DNA of 32,000 nucleotides, taken from positions 16,441-48,440 of the forward strand of contig CAZDGF010000021.1 in assembly GCA_964505065.1 (NCBI GenBank), written 5' to 3'. Source of the stretch: an uncultured Chitinophaga sp. (GTDB lineage Bacteria > Bacteroidota > Bacteroidia > NS11-12g > UBA955). Shown piece after piece: positions 27,568-32,000 of the stretch; within the stretch, counting starts at the first letter, position 1; every line of letters begins with the position of its first letter. Below the pieces are notes generated by a model. That model ran no database searches and was not told where the DNA came from. It was given only the letters and a program-made list of their open reading frames with translations. Both the position numbers and the translations under genes were made by a program.

Positions 27568-28700
27568 AAGAATGTACCCAATGTGTGCTTGACACGCACG
27601 ATGACCCCGCAATGACTTTTGATGAAAAAGGTATTTGCAATTATTGTAGATACTATAAAAAAACATATATAGACAATGCACTTACAGCGGAAAAAAAAGA
27701 AGTGAAATTAAATAATCAGCTAAAATTATTCAAGCAATATAAAAAAGGAAAATATGATTCTATATTAGGAGTAAGTGGTGGCGTAGATAGTACCTATGTA
27801 GCTTATCTATGCAAGCAATTGGGTTTAAATCCACTATTGGTGCATTTTGACAATGGTTGGAATAGTGAAATGGCTGTTAGTAATATTGAGCAAATTACAA
27901 AAAATACAGGCTTTGATTTATTTACATTTGTTGTAGATTGGCAAGAATTTAGAGATTTGCAACTTTCGTACATAAAAGCTTCTGTATTAGATTGGGAAAT
28001 ACCTACCGACCATGGTTTTTTTGCTAAATTATATGAACTTGCCAATAAATTTAATATCAAATATTTAATAACAGGGCATAATTATCAAACGGAAGCTATT
28101 TTGCCAAAACCTATGCGCCATAGCAAAATGGATGTGGCTAATATTATAGATATTCACAAGCAATACGGAACTTTAAAACTAAAAACATTTCCGATGCTTA
28201 ATTTTTTTAAATTCAATTATTATACAAGAATTAAAAAGATAGAACGCTTTAATTTATTAGAATTTATTGAGGAATACGATAAAGAAAAAGCCAAGAAGTT
28301 AATTATAGAAAAAATGGGTTGGCGAGATTATGGTGGCAAACACTATGAATCAATATTTACAAGGTTTTATCAAGGCTATGTATTAAAAGAAAAATTTGGA
28401 TTCGAAAAAAGGAAAGCGCATTTAGCCAATCTAATTTGTAGTGGTCAAATGACCAAATCTGAAGCTTTAGAGGAATTAAAAACACCTATTTATAATGAAG
28501 CAGTTTATAAGGTAGATAGAGAATTTGTATTAAAAAAGTTAGGATTGAGCGAGGCTCAATTTCAAGCGATAATGAATGAGCCAGTACGCTCGCATTTAGA
28601 ATTCAAATCATACTTAACTGGCTTATATCCTAAGCACGAAAAATTTATGCAAAGCATAAAACCATTTTCCAATATTGTAAAAAAAATAATTGGCAAATAA
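27561..28700 (+). CDS. N-acetyl sugar amidotransferase (WbuX/WbpG/PseA family), copy 2
   Basis: 'CTQCVLDTHDDPAMTFDEKGICNYC' and PP-loop 'ILGVSGGVDSTYVAYL'. ATG 27561 overlaps the AsnB stop (ATGCTAA), and the track's 27531 start is less likely. Confidence 0.8.
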   Translation: MLKECTQCVLDTHDDPAMTFDEKGICNYCRYYKKTYIDNALTAEKKEVKLNNQLKLFKQYKKGKYDSILGVSGGVDSTYVAYLCKQLGLNPLLVHFDNGWNSEMAVSNIEQITKNTGFDLFTFVVDWQEFRDLQLSYIKASVLDWEIPTDHGFFAKLYELANKFNIKYLITGHNYQTEAILPKPMRHSKMDVANIIDIHKQYGTLKLKTFPMLNFFKFNYYTRIKKIERFNLLEFIEEYDKEKAKKLIIEKMGWRDYGGKHYESIFTRFYQGYVLKEKFGFEKRKAHLANLICSGQMTKSEALEELKTPIYNEAVYKVDREFVLKKLGLSEAQFQAIMNEPVRSHLEFKSYLTGLYPKHEKFMQSIKPFSNIVKKIIGK

Positions 28701-29946
28701 AAAATTATTAATTGTATGTTTTACTTTTCCCCCAATGGCTGGTATTGGTGGGCGGAGGTGGGCTAAATTTGCCAAATATTTATTGGCAGAAAACATAGAT
28801 GTACAGATAGTAGCTGCTCAAAATTTAGGTAAAAATACTTCTTCTTGGTTAAAAGACATTGCGACATTAATTACCGAAAAAAGAGTAACATATTTTAAAA
28901 GTAATTATCCATATTATTTGGGTATTGTACCTAATACTTTCTTTCAAAAAGTAGCTTATAGATTAAGTTTATTGTATGTAAAATTGAAGTTAAAAGGCAA
29001 CTATTTTGATAAATCTGCTCATTGCAAAAATGAGTTGTTAAATGTTGTTGAAAATAAAATACAGCAAGGGTATAATAATGTCTTAGTAAGTGTTGGTCCT
29101 TTTAGGTATTCAAAATATATTATTGATTTAAAAACAAAATATCCAAGTGTTAATTTTATTTTAGATGTTAGAGACCCTTGGGCAAATAATTTAACCTCTT
29201 TTGGGTTAGAAACAATTGGAAAAAAACGACTTCAAAAAGAGTATTCAATAGAGAAAGAAACGGTAAGTAAATATGATAAAATAATAGCTGTAGCCGATGA
29301 TATAAATTCCTATTTTATTGAGAAATATCAATTATCTGCAAATCGTTTTACGACAATTTATAACGGTTATGATGAAGATGATATAGTTGTAAATAGTATT
29401 CAAAAAATAACGGATACTATTGAATTTGTATTTGCAGGTACATTGTACAATAAAGCAGTTAAATATTTAGAACAATTGGTGGCTTTTTTAGCTGTATATA
29501 AACTCAAAAATCCACAGCTATACAGCAAGTTAAAGTTTAGTTTTTATGGTGAAGTGCCACAGCAATTTCATCAAATTATAAAAAGTGAAAGCTCAATCCA
29601 TTTTTTTGATTCAAAACCATTGCATGAAATACAACAAATAGTTAAAAATGCTGATGCTGCGATGCTTTTTTTAACAGATGATATTGCCTATTCTTTTAGT
29701 ACAAAGTTTTTAGAATATTTAGCACTAAAAAAACCAATAATAGTATTTTCAAAAGGAGGTAAAACAGGTAAATATGTTGAAACAAATGGTATTGGATTTT
29801 CAATTACCAAAGAAAATATAGAAACAAAAATGGATTCAATTATCAATAAAATAGCAAACAATGAAATATTATTTAATTCTAATTATGATATTTCTTCATT
29901 TTCTATTAAAAATTTAAGTAAAAAAGTAATTGATATTTTAGAATGA
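28690..29946 (+). CDS. GT4-like (GT-B) glycosyltransferase
   Basis: 'KKLLIVCFTFPPMAGIGGRRWAKFAKYL' is a typical GT4 N-terminus, and 'FSTKFLEYLALKKPIIVF' lies in the C-terminal domain. The TTG start is obligatory because Met16 would delete the first beta-strand. Confidence 0.7.
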   Translation: MANKKLLIVCFTFPPMAGIGGRRWAKFAKYLLAENIDVQIVAAQNLGKNTSSWLKDIATLITEKRVTYFKSNYPYYLGIVPNTFFQKVAYRLSLLYVKLKLKGNYFDKSAHCKNELLNVVENKIQQGYNNVLVSVGPFRYSKYIIDLKTKYPSVNFILDVRDPWANNLTSFGLETIGKKRLQKEYSIEKETVSKYDKIIAVADDINSYFIEKYQLSANRFTTIYNGYDEDDIVVNSIQKITDTIEFVFAGTLYNKAVKYLEQLVAFLAVYKLKNPQLYSKLKFSFYGEVPQQFHQIIKSESSIHFFDSKPLHEIQQIVKNADAAMLFLTDDIAYSFSTKFLEYLALKKPIIVFSKGGKTGKYVETNGIGFSITKENIETKMDSIINKIANNEILFNSNYDISSFSIKNLSKKVIDILE

Positions 29947-31010
29947 AGATTGTAACAGTTATTGGCGCTCGTCCCCAATTTATAAAAGCAGCAGCTTTAA
30001 ACAAAGCTATTGCATTGCAACCAGATATTGAAGAAATTATTGTTCATACCGGGCAGCATTTTGATGAAAATATGTCGGCTATTTTTTTTAATGAAATGAA
30101 AATACCTGCACCCAAATATCAATTAGCAGTTAATGGACTTACACATGGAGCTATGACAGGCAGAATGTTGGAAGGTGTAGAAGAAATTTTAATCAAAGAA
30201 AAACCAGATTTTTTATTGGTGTATGGCGATACAAACTCAACATTGGCTGGAGCTTTGGCTGCCAAAAAATTAAATATAAAAGTAGTACATGTTGAAGCTG
30301 GATTAAGAAGTTTTAACTTACAAATGCCCGAAGAAATTAATAGAATTTTAACCGATAGAATTTCTGATTTTTTATTTTGCCCAACAGATACAGCTATTCA
30401 AAATTTGAAAAACGAAGGATTTGAAAATTTTAATTGTAAAATTATAAATACTGGCGATATTATGTATGATAGTATGTTATTATTTAGTGAGTTTGCTGAA
30501 AAAAAGGCGCAAATTAAAAACCAACTTACTACTTCTAATTTTGCCTTGTGTACTATTCATAGAGCAGAAAATACAGATAATTTTGAAAACTTGAAATCTA
30601 TTTTTGAAGCATTAAATAAAATAGCAGAAAACCAAACCATTGTTTTACCATTGCACCCTCGCACAAAACAAAAAATTCAAGAATTAAAACTCAATCAAAA
30701 TATAATGATAACCGAGCCATTGGGTTATTTTGATATGCTATATTTACTAAAAAAATGCACAATTGTGCTTACAGATAGTGGTGGTTTACAAAAAGAGGCT
30801 TATTTTAACCATAAATTTTGCATAACTTTAAGAAACGAAACCGAATGGGTAGAACTTGTAGAACAAAATTGTAATATACTTGTAGGCTCTAATACTACAA
30901 AAATAATAGAAGCGTTTAATTCAAAAAATACTCAAATAGTAAACCATCAAAAGCCTTTGTATGGCAATGGAAAAGCTGCTGAAAAAATATTACTTTCGCT
31001 AAAAAATTAA
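29943..31010 (+). CDS. wecB: UDP-N-acetylglucosamine 2-epimerase (non-hydrolysing)
   Basis: 'MKIVTVIGARPQFIKAAAL', 'HTGQHFDENMS', 'VYGDTNSTLAGALAA', 'VHVEAGLRSFN..MPEEINR' and 'TDSGGLQKEAY'. Confidence 0.9.
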   Translation: MKIVTVIGARPQFIKAAALNKAIALQPDIEEIIVHTGQHFDENMSAIFFNEMKIPAPKYQLAVNGLTHGAMTGRMLEGVEEILIKEKPDFLLVYGDTNSTLAGALAAKKLNIKVVHVEAGLRSFNLQMPEEINRILTDRISDFLFCPTDTAIQNLKNEGFENFNCKIINTGDIMYDSMLLFSEFAEKKAQIKNQLTTSNFALCTIHRAENTDNFENLKSIFEALNKIAENQTIVLPLHPRTKQKIQELKLNQNIMITEPLGYFDMLYLLKKCTIVLTDSGGLQKEAYFNHKFCITLRNETEWVELVEQNCNILVGSNTTKIIEAFNSKNTQIVNHQKPLYGNGKAAEKILLSLKN

Positions 31011-31022
31011 TTAGATTTTACA

Positions 31023-32000
31023 ATGTATCAAAATCCATTAGATAATCATCCTTACATACTTAAATTACAAGCCTTCGAAAAACAATTTGAAGATAGAATT
31101 GAGTTTCACGATAATTGTAAACCTTTACTTCTGCAAATGGGAAATGACAAGGAATTTTTAAAAGCTGTAATTGAAAGAAATTTTAACGATGAAGGTTTTT
31201 TAAATCAAATATGGACTGGCTATAATATTCCATTTTTTTATGTTCACGAAACAGAGCATTATAATTTAAAAATTCATCTTTTTCCGCCTGAAGAACAAGG
31301 TAGAAAAAACATTGCTGCTCATTGTATTCATCATCATAACAATTATATCCTAACTACAAATGCTTTTTTTGGTTCGGGCTATGAAACATTTTTATTTGAA
31401 AAAAATCCAAAACCTAATCCTCATACTTTAGAAACTCAATTAAAAATAGCTAAACATTTTCATCAAAAAGATGTAAACCCAAGCCGAGTAGATAGTTGGG
31501 AGCCGCATGTGGTGCTAATTCCTGAAACCCTTTCTGCTACTATATTGATATGGACACCAGATAAAAAAAGAACTACAGATGCACTGCGTCAAAATCCTTT
31601 TTTAAAATCTATCAAAAAACCTATACGTTGGCTAATTCATAAACTTAATTTAACCCAACAATTTGGCATTGCCGAAGAGAAAACTTATCAATTTTACCCA
31701 AAAAACAATACGTTCAAAGCTATTGAAGAAAGTGAGTATTTTGCACCTACAAAAGCAGAAAAAGGAGATAAAGTGAATCAATATTCAGCTCAAATGATTT
31801 TTGCGTTTATTCAACGAATGGATTTGAACTTAAATAGCTATTTTAATCAAATAAAAAACAATTTACCTGCCTATTATCTGCAATTTATAGAACAATTATT
31901 GGCGAATGAACCTATAGTAGATGTTTATCACCGCACAGAAATTAATATTCCTCAAAAAACGTATTTTAAGGAAGATATTTTAGCTGCTTCATTTAATTAA
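31023..32000 (+). CDS. Hypothetical protein with a His-rich 'HCIHHH' segment (possible cupin-like metal site); no family recognised
   Basis: A complete 325-codon ORF ending with TAA at the last base of the window, 12 nt after wecB. 'IHLFPP..AAHCIHHHNNY..G.GYE' and 'WEPHVVLIP' weakly suggest a cupin-type His cluster. Confidence 0.3.
   Translation: MYQNPLDNHPYILKLQAFEKQFEDRIEFHDNCKPLLLQMGNDKEFLKAVIERNFNDEGFLNQIWTGYNIPFFYVHETEHYNLKIHLFPPEEQGRKNIAAHCIHHHNNYILTTNAFFGSGYETFLFEKNPKPNPHTLETQLKIAKHFHQKDVNPSRVDSWEPHVVLIPETLSATILIWTPDKKRTTDALRQNPFLKSIKKPIRWLIHKLNLTQQFGIAEEKTYQFYPKNNTFKAIEESEYFAPTKAEKGDKVNQYSAQMIFAFIQRMDLNLNSYFNQIKNNLPAYYLQFIEQLLANEPIVDVYHRTEINIPQKTYFKEDILAASFN

Noticed and set aside
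5341-28060. All minus-strand ORFs in the track (62-98 aa; for example 5341..5547, 6903..7130, 18726..19022, 20252..20485, 24006..24248, 27803..28060)
   Set aside because: Each lies antisense inside, or across the junction of, a well-supported + strand gene. Their low-complexity compositions look arbitrary and no family motifs are visible. Such ORFs are expected by chance in AT-rich DNA.
1-32000. Defence system, prophage, integrative element, CRISPR array, toxin-antitoxin pair or RNA gene hidden in the window
   Set aside because: The + strand coding is essentially continuous and every recognisable family is glycan-related. The only nuclease-like gene is the lone GxxExxY protein. No direct-repeat arrays, att-like sites, recombinases or structured-RNA-sized gaps were found.

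Overview
This AT-rich window (about 30% GC by eye, not computed) is filled by one co-directional array of 31 CDSs on the + strand. The genes are tightly packed or overlapping, and the largest intergenic gap is 47 nt. I see no rRNA, tRNA, CRISPR array, IS element, transposase, integrase or recognisable defence genes. All minus-strand ORFs in the track look like antisense artefacts. The content is a surface-polysaccharide (O-antigen or capsule type) biosynthesis locus. The lack of Shine-Dalgarno-like leaders, the presence of a GxxExxY gene and the family mix suggest a Bacteroidota host, which is inference. Recognisable modules, left to right: (i) the 3' end of an AsnB-type amidotransferase and a GT-B glycosyltransferase; (ii) a NodU/CmcH carbamoyltransferase followed by two small membrane proteins (SxtK/DUF5989-like, absent from the ORF track, and SxtJ-like); (iii) an FkbM methyltransferase, a GtrB/ArnC-like GT2 and a class I methyltransferase; (iv) a shortened DegT-like protein, WbqC, an FAD oxidoreductase and WecE; (v) a GT4, then a 635-aa polytopic membrane protein and a 453-aa orphan; (vi) a nonulosonic-acid cassette (NeuB, NeuC, NeuA) interleaved with WbuX/WbpG-type amidotransferases, a HisF/HisH pair, two more AsnB paralogs and two acyltransferase-3 genes; (vii) a GT4, WecB and a His-rich orphan. 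I find no classical novel system such as a defence system. The most unusual features are the density and near-mirror arrangement of nitrogen-transfer enzymes around the NulO genes, an IR-bounded GxxExxY cassette inserted between hisH and neuA with an odd 27-nt direct repeat, several family-less ORFs where polymerase or NulO-transferase functions would be expected, and the fact that 7 of 30 gene starts must use TTG. All family assignments come from motif recognition by eye and need HMM or BLAST confirmation.
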